Source: Thermotogota bacterium (lineage in GTDB: Bacteria > Bipolaricaulota > Bipolaricaulia > UBA7950 > UBA9294). From it: a stretch of DNA of 36,446 nt. The stretch is from positions 1 to 36,446 of the forward strand of contig JBDKUT010000105.1 in NCBI GenBank assembly GCA_039679545.1, written 5' to 3'. A model generated the notes under the pieces. The model searched no databases and was not told the origin of the DNA. It was given only the letters and a program-made list of their open reading frames with translations. Position numbers and translations under genes: made by a program. Shown here piece by piece: positions 1 to 9,571 of the stretch; position 1 is the stretch's first letter; each line of letters starts with the position of its first letter.

Positions 1-1088
1 ACCTGCGTCCGGCAGAGGTCGTCGCGGAACGGTGCCTCCTCGATCCGGCCCTCACGGAGGAAGAGCTGATCGAGCCTTTCTCCGCCGAGCCGGAACAGCG
101 TGCAGTCTCCGGCGGGGATCGACCCCGAGAGACCGACGCCGATCCCGGACTCGAAGTGGCTGCGGATCGCGTAGCTTGTCGTCATCGAGAGCGGACACGT
201 GCAGTGCGCAATGCCGATGGCCGGCGTCTTCGTGTCGACGTCGGCGACGTTTCCCATGAACGCCGTCTGCCCCGACAGCAGGAAAGCAAGATACAGCGTG
301 ATGAGCGCCTGCAGGTCGCCCTCGCACCCCGCTGGTACGCGCTCGTCGTTCAGCCGGGACACGGCGTAGCACCCGGTCGTCTTCATGCGCTTCACAAGGT
401 CGAAGCACCGCACGGTGCACGCCGACAGCCGGTGCTCGTCAACGAGGCTCCGAAGACCCGCGTATACCTGGACAGCATCGCGGATCTCGGCCGGCTTCGG
501 CTCGGTCACGGCTTCCGCCCGCTTCGTCAGATTCGCGACATCCTTCCGCGGAGCCTCGGCGGCTTTGACCCTCTCGAGCAAGACCTCGATCGGAATCTGC
601 ACCAGCTCGATCGACAGGCGTCCTTTGAGGAACGCGCGATCGACGTCGCTCGCCACGAGCCAGTCGGAGGGCTCGCCGATCAGGCCGATCCGCGAGAACC
701 GGAGCGTGTCCCAGGCATTGGCGAGCACGAGCTCCTGCTTCAGCCCGGCCACGATCTCCGGTGGGGCCCCGAAGAGGATGCGTCCCTCACCGCCGTCCTG
801 GCGGATGCGCGCGAGGACCTCGAGCGACGCGGGAAGCGAGATGTCTCCGGGATGGGCAATCAAGAGCGTGGGCGAAGGAAGCTGAGCGACGGTTTTCAGC
901 ACGTCGCGTTCCACACCCCCGGTGAGCACGAGGATCGCCGTTAGCTTGTCGGCGGCCGGGTGGGCGATCTCCTCAATGCCGAGGCCGTCGCTCGCGCGGA
1001 GCTCCCCCAGGATGCGGTCCCGCAAGGAGTCGACACGGCTCTTGTCGTGAAGGCCGCTCGCCCGCACGATGACCCCGATCTTGTCCAT
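1..1088 (-). CDS. L-fucose/L-arabinose isomerase-like protein (runs off the left edge)
   Basis: Not in the ORF track because it is open-ended. Manual minus-strand translation from ATG 1088: MDKIGVIVRASGLHD...IGLIGEPSDWLVASD...TVRCFDLV..TTGC..LNDE..GCEGD...AHCTCP...RSHFESGIGV...DLCRTQ. These motifs are typical of fucose-isomerase-related proteins. Confidence 0.75.
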   Translation of the reverse strand, partial: MDKIGVIVRASGLHDKSRVDSLRDRILGELRASDGLGIEEIAHPAADKLTAILVLTGGVERDVLKTVAQLPSPTLLIAHPGDISLPASLEVLARIRQDGGEGRILFGAPPEIVAGLKQELVLANAWDTLRFSRIGLIGEPSDWLVASDVDRAFLKGRLSIELVQIPIEVLLERVKAAEAPRKDVANLTKRAEAVTEPKPAEIRDAVQVYAGLRSLVDEHRLSACTVRCFDLVKRMKTTGCYAVSRLNDERVPAGCEGDLQALITLYLAFLLSGQTAFMGNVADVDTKTPAIGIAHCTCPLSMTTSYAIRSHFESGIGVGLSGSIPAGDCTLFRLGGERLDQLFLREGRIEEAPFRDDLCRTQ

Positions 1089-1094
1089 GGAGCC

Positions 1095-1100
1095 ATCGTA
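1095..1100 (-). promoter_or_regulatory. Putative -10 box (TACGAT), 6 nt upstream of ATG 1088
   Basis: Minus strand reads TACGAT-GGCTCC-ATG. Confidence 0.45.
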
Positions 1101-1326
1101 GCCTCCACTTCCGCACCTCCTCGATCCATTCGCGGACCCTCGCTCCAGACACGGATCACCCGGGCGCCGGACCAAGCGACGGGGGGATCCGGGCCGCTCT
1201 CCCCTCCGAAGCGGACGCCGGGCGTCGCCCGTCCCACGAACCCGACGAGGCTTGATGGAGCACAGCCGGCCTGGATACTCTCCTTTCGGCCGGTCGAAGC
1301 CGCGAGGATCGGTGAAGGGAGGCTCC

Positions 1327-2406
1327 GTGAGCTTTCTTCAGACGACGTTCTACAACAACCCCGTGGGGCGATGGCTTGCCGCTGGCGGCGTCGTCCTGTT
1401 TACCTGGGTCTTGCTCCAGGTCGTGACCCGCGTCGCCATCCGGCACCTCCGAAAGATCGCCGAGCGGACAAGCGGGCAACTCGACGACCTTCTCGTCGAG
1501 CTGCTCCACAAGACCCGGTTCCTCCTCGTCTTCGTCATCTCCGCCTACGCGGGGTCCCAACTCCTGACCCTGCCGACTACGGCGACGAAGATCCTCCACG
1601 TGGGCTTCGTGATGGCGATGCTCGCCCAAGCCGGGTACTGGGGAAACGGGCTTGTCGCCTTCTGGCTGGCGCGCATTGTGCGGCGACGCTTCGGCGGCGA
1701 CGCCTCGGCGGCAACGTCGCTCGCCGCCCTTGGATTCATCGCAAAGCTCGTGGTCTGGGCCGTCGTGCTCCTCATCGCCCTCGACAATGTAGGCGTCGAT
1801 ATCACAACGCTCGTCGCCGGGCTCGGGATCACGGGACTCGCCGTCGCGCTCGGCGTCCAAAGCATCTTCAAGGACGCGTTCGCGTCGCTGTCGATCCTCG
1901 TCGACAAGCCGTTTGTCATCGGCGACTTCATCGCCGTCGGCGACCTTTCCGGAACCGTCGAGCGCGTCGGCCTGAAGACGACGAGGGTCCGGAGCCTGTC
2001 CGGAGAACAGATCGTGTTCTCCAACGGCGACCTCCTCGACAGCCGCGTGCGCAACTACAAGGCGATGACTGAGCGCCGCATCGCGTTTTCGTTCGGGCTC
2101 GAGTACGGCACGCCGACGGCCGAGGTCGAAGAGGTCCCCGCGCTCGTCCAAGCCGAGATTGCGAAGATCCCCGGCGTTCGCTTCGACCGCTGTCACCTCA
2201 AGTCGTTCGCCGACTCGGCCCTCTCGTTCGAGGTCGTCTACTTCGTGCTGACGGGCAACTACCTCGAGTACATGGACGCCCAGCACTTGATCAATCTCGG
2301 CATCCTTCGCGCGCTCGAGGAGCGAGGGCTTCGCCTCGCCTATCCGACGCGGACTCTGTACGTCCGCCCCGGAGCATCCCTAGAAGACGACAAGCCCCAC
2401 CAGTAG
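1327..2406 (+). CDS. mscS: Small-conductance mechanosensitive channel (MscS family)
   Basis: TM3 motif LVAGLGITGLAVALGVQ, then DKPFVIGDFI..GTVERVGLKTTRVRSLSGEQIVFSN. Start placed at GTG 1327 after a GGAGG RBS, inside ORF 1252..2406. Confidence 0.92.
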   Translation: MSFLQTTFYNNPVGRWLAAGGVVLFTWVLLQVVTRVAIRHLRKIAERTSGQLDDLLVELLHKTRFLLVFVISAYAGSQLLTLPTTATKILHVGFVMAMLAQAGYWGNGLVAFWLARIVRRRFGGDASAATSLAALGFIAKLVVWAVVLLIALDNVGVDITTLVAGLGITGLAVALGVQSIFKDAFASLSILVDKPFVIGDFIAVGDLSGTVERVGLKTTRVRSLSGEQIVFSNGDLLDSRVRNYKAMTERRIAFSFGLEYGTPTAEVEEVPALVQAEIAKIPGVRFDRCHLKSFADSALSFEVVYFVLTGNYLEYMDAQHLINLGILRALEERGLRLAYPTRTLYVRPGASLEDDKPHQ

Positions 2407-3570
2407 GGTCACCACCGCGCCAACCAAGACGGGCGGAGCCAGGCGCCGCACGAGCGCCGCGATCGACGTCTTGAAGTAGGCGACCGACACGGAGACGCAC
2501 GGGTGGACCGGCGTGATGACGTAGCCGAGGAACGCCGCGTAGTACGCCACCGCGAACCCCGGCAGCGTCATCGGCCCGTACGCCGACGCGTAGATGGGGA
2601 GGATCACCGCAAGCGGTGCCTCGATCCGCCCGGTGACAAGGCCGAGGGCGAAGGCCACGCCAACACATAGGGCGAGCGGGGAGAGGCTCATCCCCGCCAG
2701 CCGCTCGGGAGCTCCCGACGAAGCGAACACGTTCAGGAAGGCGAACATCGCGAGGACGATCGCCGCGTACGTCCACGGGCGCGCGCGGACGGCGACCCGC
2801 AGGAGCTTCTTCGGACCGATTCGGCCGACGGCCGCGGAGAGAGCGAGGCTCAGCAGGACGCCTGCCGCGGTCCCAACCTCGCGGATCGGCAGCCGAAATG
2901 CGCTCGCGAGGACGAGGTCGAGGGCGGGGGCGGCGAGCAGGATCCCGAGCGGAACAAGCAGACCGCGCAACGAGAACGCGGCCGCCGCCGGGACCTCGCT
3001 CTTCCTCGGCGCCTTGCGTAGGAGGAAGACGCCGCCTAACAAGAGAGACAGGGCGAACGCGGGGGCGAGGTGCGGGATCGTCGCGTACACGTCGAGCCCC
3101 GCGATCTTGGCCGATGCGATCAACGCCGAGCCGAGCGGGTAGACGATCAGGAGGACGTGACGAAACCAGACGTTGGCCGCCGCCTTCACGTCCGCCGCCA
3201 CGTGGCCCGCGCCCCGCTCGACGAGGGGCGCCGAGAGAAGCGCGCCTCCGGGCATCGGGAGCATGCCGAGAAGGCCCGGCGCAAGCGCGAGAAACGGCCG
3301 CACCCCAACGTGCAGGTTGTCGACGAGGCGCGCCATTTGCCCAGAGACTCCCATCGCGCCGCCAAGGACGGGGAGGAGGAGCACAACCAGCGCGAGCAGG
3401 AGGACGGAGGGATCGGACACCGTCTTCCAGAGCGCCGCGCCGATCTCGGCGGGGGAGAGCGTCATCGCGCCGAGGACGAGGGCGGCGGCGGCCAGGCCGA
3501 GAGCAAGGCTCCGCCGGGAGAGGAGAACGAGGAGCACCACAGCCGCAGCGAACCCAATCCAGAGGAACAC
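2380..3570 (-). CDS. DUF401-family integral membrane protein (putative transporter)
   Basis: Hydrophobic ORF with GMLPMPGGALLSAP, NVWFRH and GYVITPVHPC motifs. Start likely GTG 3570 after GGGGG. Its 3' end overlaps the mscS 3' end by 27 bp. Confidence 0.75.
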   Translation of the reverse strand: MFLWIGFAAAVVLLVLLSRRSLALGLAAAALVLGAMTLSPAEIGAALWKTVSDPSVLLLALVVLLLPVLGGAMGVSGQMARLVDNLHVGVRPFLALAPGLLGMLPMPGGALLSAPLVERGAGHVAADVKAAANVWFRHVLLIVYPLGSALIASAKIAGLDVYATIPHLAPAFALSLLLGGVFLLRKAPRKSEVPAAAAFSLRGLLVPLGILLAAPALDLVLASAFRLPIREVGTAAGVLLSLALSAAVGRIGPKKLLRVAVRARPWTYAAIVLAMFAFLNVFASSGAPERLAGMSLSPLALCVGVAFALGLVTGRIEAPLAVILPIYASAYGPMTLPGFAVAYYAAFLGYVITPVHPCVSVSVAYFKTSIAALVRRLAPPVLVGAVVTLLVGLVVF

Positions 3571-3684
3571 ACGCACCCCCACAAGTTCGAGACGCGTGAA
3601 GCGTACGTGACGCGTCGCCCGAATCCCAGACCGAGCCGTTGGCGCACGCGCGTACGTTCGGCACAATGGCTCCGGGTGATCGTC

Positions 3685-4071
3685 GTGAGCGAGTCGGACC
3701 AGGCAATTCGGGAAGCCGCCCATGGCGGACTTCTTCCGTGTGCGTTGGCATTTGGCATCGCGGAGCGGGTCGGCGTGACGCCGGACACGGTCCGAGCGGA
3801 CGCCGATCGCCTCGGCGTTCGGATCTCCGTCTGCCAGCTCGGCCTGTTCGGATACGACGCGTTCGGCGAGCGCCGCGTGGCCCACAAGCTCTCCCACGTT
3901 CCCGAGGAGCTGCGACGCGCCCTCGACGAGGCGTCCGCCGGCGAGGGTCTTGCCTGCGCCGCGGCCTGGCGCCTCGCCGACGAACGTGGACTGCCCCGCC
4001 TTCTCTTGGGATCGGCCGCCGAGACGGTCGGCGCCAGGATTTGCCGCTGCCAGCTCGGCTGCTTCGACTAG
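3685..4071 (+). CDS. Small conserved-looking hypothetical protein with two Cys-containing internal repeats
   Basis: C-terminal 128 aa of ORF 3070..4071. The unit LxC.xA..xA...xI..CQLG(L/C)F occurs twice. GTG 3685 is preceded by GGGTGA. Confidence 0.7.
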   Translation: MSESDQAIREAAHGGLLPCALAFGIAERVGVTPDTVRADADRLGVRISVCQLGLFGYDAFGERRVAHKLSHVPEELRRALDEASAGEGLACAAAWRLADERGLPRLLLGSAAETVGARICRCQLGCFD

Positions 4072-4129
4072 CCGGCCAAGGGACCGAGCCAAGTGGGTCC
4101 TCTCTGCATTCCCGGCGTGCACCCGACCG

Positions 4130-4588
4130 CTACATCGGTTCGGGCACCACAAGAACAGGGCAGGTCGAGCGGCGGGCCACCAACCCTGCCAGCGACGGAT
4201 CGAAGAAGCGACGCCACCAGGACCGGCGCCGCGCTCCTATGACAATCAGGTCGCTTCCCTCAGACTGGGCGACGCCGAGGATTCGCGCTGCGGGGGAGCC
4301 AACCTCCACTCGCTCCCGACGGGCGATCCCGGCAGGAAGCACCTCGGCGGCAAGCCGACGAATCGTGAAGGTCGCCGACTCGACCGCGCGGCCCACGACA
4401 GACGCACAAACGATGGCTCCAAACCCATAAGCCTCCGGGCACGCGATCACGTAGCGCACCGGGTCAACGACATGCATGAGAACCAGTTCGGCACAGAAGA
4501 CGCCGGCCAACTCGGTCGCCGTGCGCAGCGCCTCCCGCGAAGCTTCTCCGAAGTCCGTCGGGCAGAGGATCCGCTTGGGTGTGGTCAT
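4130..4588 (-). CDS. Universal stress protein (UspA family)
   Basis: KRILCPTDFGEAS...LMHVV...GSPAARILGVA..SDLIVIGAR...CPVLVV. ATG 4588 has an AGGAGG RBS. Confidence 0.9.
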   Translation of the reverse strand: MTTPKRILCPTDFGEASREALRTATELAGVFCAELVLMHVVDPVRYVIACPEAYGFGAIVCASVVGRAVESATFTIRRLAAEVLPAGIARRERVEVGSPAARILGVAQSEGSDLIVIGARRRSWWRRFFDPSLAGLVARRSTCPVLVVPEPM

Positions 4589-4741
4589 GAAGTCCCTCCT
4601 CTGTCGCACGAGATCCGTACTCCCCTTCAGGCCGCGCCTGGGCGGAGCTGTCCGCCCAGGCACCGCGTTTCGGCCTCTCACAAGGCAGAACTCATAGCCG
4701 CAACGTCGGCCTCACGGCCCGCTTCTCCGCGTAGCTCTGGA

Positions 4742-5668
4742 TCAAGTTCCGCTAAGCAGGCCATGCTCGACAAGGAACTGCCGAGCAACCTCCTCCGGCT
4801 CAAGCCCTTCGTTGTCCACCTTCGCGTTCAGTTCCGTCATCATCCGCTGCGCGTCCTCCGGGAACGCAGCGACAAGCTCGCCCAGGATTCCCGCGAGGTC
4901 CATGAAGCGATCGAGGGTCTTCGTTAGGAGGACGGGAGCAAGGTCGTACGGCGGCCAGAACGCTTTGTCGTCCTTCAGGATCGCCCATCCGTACTTGGCG
5001 ACCACGGCATCTGTGCCGAACACGACGGCCGCGTCCACGTCCCCCTGGGCAAGGTACTGCGCGGTCAATCCGGCCATCACCGGAACCACGTACGACGGCT
5101 GGAAAGCGAAGCCATAGTGCAACTGCATCCCGATGAGGCCGTCTGGCCGTGCGTAGAACTCAAACGTGGTCGCGATTCGCACCTTCCCGTCCTGACTCTT
5201 CACATACGCTGCGAAGTCGCTCAGGGTGTAGAGGCTGCTTCCCGCCGCCAACGCGCTGGGAATCGCGATGGAGTAGTTGTTGTTACACCAGATTGGGTCC
5301 AACCAAGTGATCCCGCGCTCTGCGTCGTAGGCCTTCACCTTCTCGAACAGCTCCAGCTGAGTCTCCCCCTCGAACAGGTGCTGGGTGTAGCTGAGCCACA
5401 TCGTCCCGGTGTAGTCCATGCAGAGGTCGATGTCGCCGTTCTCGACGGCCTCCCGCAGCACCATGCTGGACATCCCCGTCCTAAGATCTACGGTGTAGCC
5501 CCGGTCCTCGAGGATGAGCTTCATGAGGTAGCCGCCGATGAACTGCTCAGTGAAGTTCTTCGTCCCGATCCGGATCGTCCCCTTGTCACCCGCCGCAACG
5601 AGCGGGCAGGCCAGAAGAGCGAGGGCAAGAACTGCCGAGAGTCCGATAATCATCCATCGCTTGGTCAT
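4742..5668 (-). CDS. Osmoprotectant (glycine betaine/choline) ABC transporter substrate-binding protein
   Basis: N-terminal signal peptide; IGTKNFTEQ, DYTGT, EFYARPDG and LKDDKAFWPPYD motifs (OsmX/OpuCC type). ATG 5668 has an AGGAGG RBS. Confidence 0.9.
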   Translation of the reverse strand: MTKRWMIIGLSAVLALALLACPLVAAGDKGTIRIGTKNFTEQFIGGYLMKLILEDRGYTVDLRTGMSSMVLREAVENGDIDLCMDYTGTMWLSYTQHLFEGETQLELFEKVKAYDAERGITWLDPIWCNNNYSIAIPSALAAGSSLYTLSDFAAYVKSQDGKVRIATTFEFYARPDGLIGMQLHYGFAFQPSYVVPVMAGLTAQYLAQGDVDAAVVFGTDAVVAKYGWAILKDDKAFWPPYDLAPVLLTKTLDRFMDLAGILGELVAAFPEDAQRMMTELNAKVDNEGLEPEEVARQFLVEHGLLSGT

Positions 5669-5739
5669 CTGTTCCCTCCTTGTGCTTTGCTTGGGTTCAG
5701 GTTGGGCGAGCTGTCTTGGACCGTGCCTCCTTCCACGCT

Positions 5740-6474
5740 TCACGGACTTCCACGCCGGAGGGACAGCCGAAGGCCTCTGGGCGTCGCCGTCGTGGCAACG
5801 CTTTCAAGGAGGCGATCAAGCAGGATCGCGAGAGCGGCTGTAGGGGCGGCTCCTTGAAGAACCATCTCCACGAGCCGCAACGACACGCCCGTCATGATGA
5901 TCTCCCCGAGTCCTCCGGCTCCGATCATCCCCGCCACTGCGGCGGAGCCCACGTTCAACACCGTCGACGTCCGAATGCCGGCCATCACAAGAGGTGCGGC
6001 GAGCGGCATCTCGACACGCCACAGAATCTGGCTTGTCGACATTCCCATCCCTCGGGCTGCTTCCTTGACTCGCGGGTCGATCGACACCAGGCCGGCATAG
6101 GTGTTCCGAACGATCGGGAGCAGCGTGTAGACTGAAAGGGCAACAATGGCTGACCGCAGACCCAGTCCCATCAGGATCGAGAAGACCCCAACAAGAGCAA
6201 GGGTCGGGACAGTCTGGCCGATGCTTGTCATGGCGGACAGGACGGGCGCACCACGGCGGAGGGACTTGCGCGAGAGAGCGATCCCGACCGGAATACCCAC
6301 CGCGACCGCCAGGAGTTCCGCCGTCAACACGATCTGCAAGTGCTCCTCGACGGCCGAGAGGAGTTTGGCGGACGGCGCCATGGTGAAGAAGCCGACCCTC
6401 CCCAGGCTCGTCATCCATCCAGTCAGCGCGCAGAGACTCGCCAGAAGGATGATGAGGACGAGATGACGTTTCAC
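5740..6474 (-). CDS. Osmoprotectant ABC transporter permease
   Basis: QTVPTLAL, LLPIVRNTYAG, the EAA loop EAARGMGMS, and IGAGGLG. GTGA overlap with the ATPase stop. Confidence 0.92.
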   Translation of the reverse strand: MKRHLVLIILLASLCALTGWMTSLGRVGFFTMAPSAKLLSAVEEHLQIVLTAELLAVAVGIPVGIALSRKSLRRGAPVLSAMTSIGQTVPTLALVGVFSILMGLGLRSAIVALSVYTLLPIVRNTYAGLVSIDPRVKEAARGMGMSTSQILWRVEMPLAAPLVMAGIRTSTVLNVGSAAVAGMIGAGGLGEIIMTGVSLRLVEMVLQGAAPTAALAILLDRLLESVATTATPRGLRLSLRRGSP

Positions 6475-7607
6475 GACTCCACCTCCGAGGCCACCCGCTC
6501 GGCGTAGGTCTGGCGGAGTTGCTCGAACAGCCGATCGAACGTGACGACACCGATGAGTCGTCGCTCTTCGTCCACGACAGCGAGGGTCCCCGTCGCGCTC
6601 TCCAACATCAGAGCCAGGGCCTCGTTAAGCGGCATGCCCTGCGAGCCGAGAACCAGGTATGGAGTGATCCGGCCTCCTACGGGCACGAGGTCGGTCTCGG
6701 AGGACGCGCTTCTGCAGATCCACCCGAGGAATACCCCACCTGTGCTCACGACCGGAAGGACGCTCCTCCCGCGCGAATCCATCTCCCGCTGCGCAGCAGC
6801 CAGCGTCTCCTCCTCGCCCACAACAGCGGGCTCGGCGTCCATGATCTCGTGCACGGTCGTCAGACGAAGGGCCTTGAGGGTTCGGTCCGTTCCCACAAAC
6901 CCACGGACGAAGTCATCGGCCGGCTGGCCAAGGAGTTGGGAAGGGGATGCGTGCTGGATCAGCCGCCCTTCCTTCATCAGGGCGATCCTGTCGCCCAGCT
7001 TGATGGCTTCGTGGATGTCGTGGGTTACGAAGACGACCGTCTTCCGGATCTCGCGTTGAATGCGCAGGAATTCATCCTGTAGACGTTCACGGGTGATCGG
7101 GTCGATCGCGCCGAACGGCTCATCCATGAGCAGGATGGCCGGGTCCGCCCCCAGGGCTCGAGCGACGCCGACCCGTTGGCGCTGTCCCCCCGACAGCTCC
7201 GCCGGGTAGCGGCGGACGAACTCCTCGGCCGGCGTGAGCCCAAGAAGGTCCAGAAGGTCGCGGGCTCTCTTGCGTCGTTTGGCCTTCGGCCAGTGAAGCA
7301 GCCGTGGCACAGTGACAACGTTCTGTTCCACCGTCATGTGAGGGAAGAGGCCGATCTCCTGGATGGCGTACCCGATGCGCCGACGGAGCTGCGTGACGCG
7401 CAGCTGCTGGATGTCCTGTCCCCCCACGGCAATCGCGCCCGACGTCAAGGAGACGAGCCGATTGATCAACCGCAGGGTGGTCGTCTTTCCGCAGCCCGAA
7501 GGGCCCAGCAGGACGCAGAACTCCCCTTCGTGCACAGCAAGGGTCACGCCATCGACGGCCCGGGTGCCGCCCGGGAACACCTTCGTGACGTCGCGCAGCT
7601 CGATCAT
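6471..7607 (-). CDS. Osmoprotectant ABC transporter ATP-binding protein with C-terminal CBS pair
   Basis: Walker A GPSGCGKTT, LSGGQRQR signature, LLMDEPFGAIDP and a CBS-like C-terminus. ATG 7607 is in an ATGA overlap with the upstream permease. Confidence 0.93.
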   Translation of the reverse strand: MIELRDVTKVFPGGTRAVDGVTLAVHEGEFCVLLGPSGCGKTTTLRLINRLVSLTSGAIAVGGQDIQQLRVTQLRRRIGYAIQEIGLFPHMTVEQNVVTVPRLLHWPKAKRRKRARDLLDLLGLTPAEEFVRRYPAELSGGQRQRVGVARALGADPAILLMDEPFGAIDPITRERLQDEFLRIQREIRKTVVFVTHDIHEAIKLGDRIALMKEGRLIQHASPSQLLGQPADDFVRGFVGTDRTLKALRLTTVHEIMDAEPAVVGEEETLAAAQREMDSRGRSVLPVVSTGGVFLGWICRSASSETDLVPVGGRITPYLVLGSQGMPLNEALALMLESATGTLAVVDEERRLIGVVTFDRLFEQLRQTYAERVASEVES

Positions 7608-8281
7608 CCTTGCCCCTCCTTGCGGACGCCCCGCGGCATCGACAAACGCTCGACCGCACCCAGAGTCACATCGAGGACCACAGCGAGCAGCGAGACGCAG
7701 ATGGCGCCAGCCAGAACGAGATCTGCGCGCGTGTTCGCAATGCCACGGAAGATAAGTTGTCCCAATCCGCCCGCCCCGATGTAGGCGCCGATGGCCGCGA
7801 TGCCGACATTCATCACGATCGCCTGCCTTAGCCCCGCCATGATCGCAGGGACGGCCAGCGGGATGCGCACCCTCCAAAGGATCTGTCCCTCGGACATCCC
7901 CATCCCTCGACCTGCGTCGATCATCGCGGGGTCAATGCCACGGATGGCCGTGGTGGTGTTGCGCAAGATCGGCAGCAGGCCGTACAGCGTGAGCGCCACG
8001 ACGACCGGCACGAGGCCGATGGACATCAGCCCAAGCGCCTTGAGAAGGGCCATCAGGATTCCGTACAACGCAAGGGACGGGACCGTCAGAAGGATCCCCG
8101 CCACGTAGAGAACCAACTCCGCCAGACCCTCTCGACCGCGCTTGGAGACGAAGATGCCGAGTGCAAGGCCGATCACGACAGCCAAGCCGTTCGCGAGGAA
8201 CACAATCCGGATGTGCTCCAGCGTCAGCTGGCCAACATAGGACCAGTGCCCGACAAGGTAGTGCCACGTTGTCGAAAGCAT
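7604..8281 (-). CDS. Osmoprotectant ABC transporter permease
   Basis: TVPSLAL, LLPILRNT, DAGRGMGMS and IGAGGLG motifs. Start is ATG 8281 or TTG 8287. Confidence 0.92.
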   Translation of the reverse strand: MLSTTWHYLVGHWSYVGQLTLEHIRIVFLANGLAVVIGLALGIFVSKRGREGLAELVLYVAGILLTVPSLALYGILMALLKALGLMSIGLVPVVVALTLYGLLPILRNTTTAIRGIDPAMIDAGRGMGMSEGQILWRVRIPLAVPAIMAGLRQAIVMNVGIAAIGAYIGAGGLGQLIFRGIANTRADLVLAGAICVSLLAVVLDVTLGAVERLSMPRGVRKEGQG

Positions 8282-8287
8282 CGACAA

Positions 8288-8316
8288 GTGGTACTGCCAC
8301 CGAGCACAAATGTCAA
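8288..8316 (-). promoter_or_regulatory. Sigma70-type promoter of the osmoprotectant operon
   Basis: Minus strand: TTGACA (8316-8311), 17 nt, TACCAC (8293-8288), 6 nt, ATG 8281. Confidence 0.55.
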
Positions 8317-8334
8317 GCTACTAGTAAAGCTTCT

Positions 8335-9324
8335 CTATGCACACTTGCGAACGAACTCCGTGGGTGGCTTGCCGCGGTTTCGGTAGCCGAGGTACGGGCG
8401 CACCTCGTTGTACTCCTTGAGCCACACAGCAAACTCGGCCTTCCACCGCGCCATCGGCGCCGTCGTCCACTCGGATCGACGGGGAGTCACGAACTCGACC
8501 TGCATGTCTTGCCAGAACCTCTCCAGGAATCCGTTCTGACGCGCTGCTGCCGGATGTGTGGCGCGATGGTCGATCTCAGCCTCGGCGAGGGCCATCTCGA
8601 ACGGGTGCCTCGGAGAACCCCAGAACAAAGGAACGTCGGGGGTGATCAAGGACTCGATCGGCTCGTTCAGGCACGCATAGAACGGCAGGACATGCTGATC
8701 GAGAAGCTCGACGGCATCTGCCGTGTCCCGGGATGAGTGCAAGGTGGCGAAGGCCATCCCGCCGTACGAGTCGACCAGGAAGTGGACATAGACACGCGCG
8801 GCGCGCGTCGCGGCTCGGACGTCCTGCAACAGGGTCTCTCCCGGCCTTGTGCTCTCCCGATCCCTCTCGCGGAACGCCGGGTTCCACGCCTCAATCCAGG
8901 CCAGCTGTTCCTCAGTCTGTGTTCCTGCGGATTCTAGCGCGCGAGCCTCCAGGCGGAGCCACCGATCTTGGGCCGTCGCCAAGCCGTGGCGGGTGAGTAG
9001 CTTCTGCACGGTCGGAGAGCTGATGGTAACCCCTGCCTCGCCCAAGTGCGCCGCAAGGCGAACGCATCCCCACGACGGGTGAGTGAGAGAGAGGTCGATC
9101 AGCTGTTGCTCGACCGCCTTCGGCGTGGTCATCGGGTGGGTCTTGTGGGCCGAAGGTCGGTCTCGAAGGCCGGCGAGGCCGCTCTCACGGAAGCGCTTCC
9201 TGTACTGGTAGTACGAACTGCGCGGAATTCCGTATCTGCGGCACGCCTCGGACACATTGCCGAGGCGATCGCTCAGTTCAAGGATCTCTTTCCTTTTCCG
9301 GACGAGATCATCACTCTCTGTCAC
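8335..9324 (-). CDS. IS481-family transposase-like protein (HTH + integrase core) with a degenerate catalytic motif
   Basis: LGNVSEACRRYGI.RSSYY HTH, NPAFRER..ESTRPGE.L.QD, VDSYG..AFA.LH, NGFLERF and YNEVRP. GTG 9324 has a GGAGG RBS. The usual TDNG motif reads TPDV. Confidence 0.85.
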   Translation of the reverse strand: MTESDDLVRKRKEILELSDRLGNVSEACRRYGIPRSSYYQYRKRFRESGLAGLRDRPSAHKTHPMTTPKAVEQQLIDLSLTHPSWGCVRLAAHLGEAGVTISSPTVQKLLTRHGLATAQDRWLRLEARALESAGTQTEEQLAWIEAWNPAFRERDRESTRPGETLLQDVRAATRAARVYVHFLVDSYGGMAFATLHSSRDTADAVELLDQHVLPFYACLNEPIESLITPDVPLFWGSPRHPFEMALAEAEIDHRATHPAAARQNGFLERFWQDMQVEFVTPRRSEWTTAPMARWKAEFAVWLKEYNEVRPYLGYRNRGKPPTEFVRKCA

Positions 9325-9373
9325 ATCCTCGCCTCCCGGCAGGACGACGATCCGCACTGGCCCTTGAGGGCCC

Positions 9374-9402
9374 ATTCTGCCTGCGGCAGCTCGGCACGTC
9401 AA
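9374..9402 (-). promoter_or_regulatory. Putative promoter of the IS481-like gene
   Basis: Minus strand TTGACG-17 nt-CAGAAT. Confidence 0.4.
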
Positions 9403-9571
9403 CGCGGCAGCGGCACCACGTGAGTCACCCGAGTGGAGAGCACCTGACACAGCGTAGATCTCGCGGGCCCCGCCCCACGGCGGTCCGCTCCCGGAGACAT
9501 CGGATTGCTCCGCCACGTCGAAGCAGACCGAGGCCGGTGCATCGCGACATCGTGCGGGAACCGCGCTGTTG

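Noticed and set aside
8311..9449. Complete IS481 element with TGTCA...TGACA termini
   Set aside because: Only about 5-6 bp of the putative inverted repeats match and the flanks show no target-site duplication, so the ends cannot be supported.
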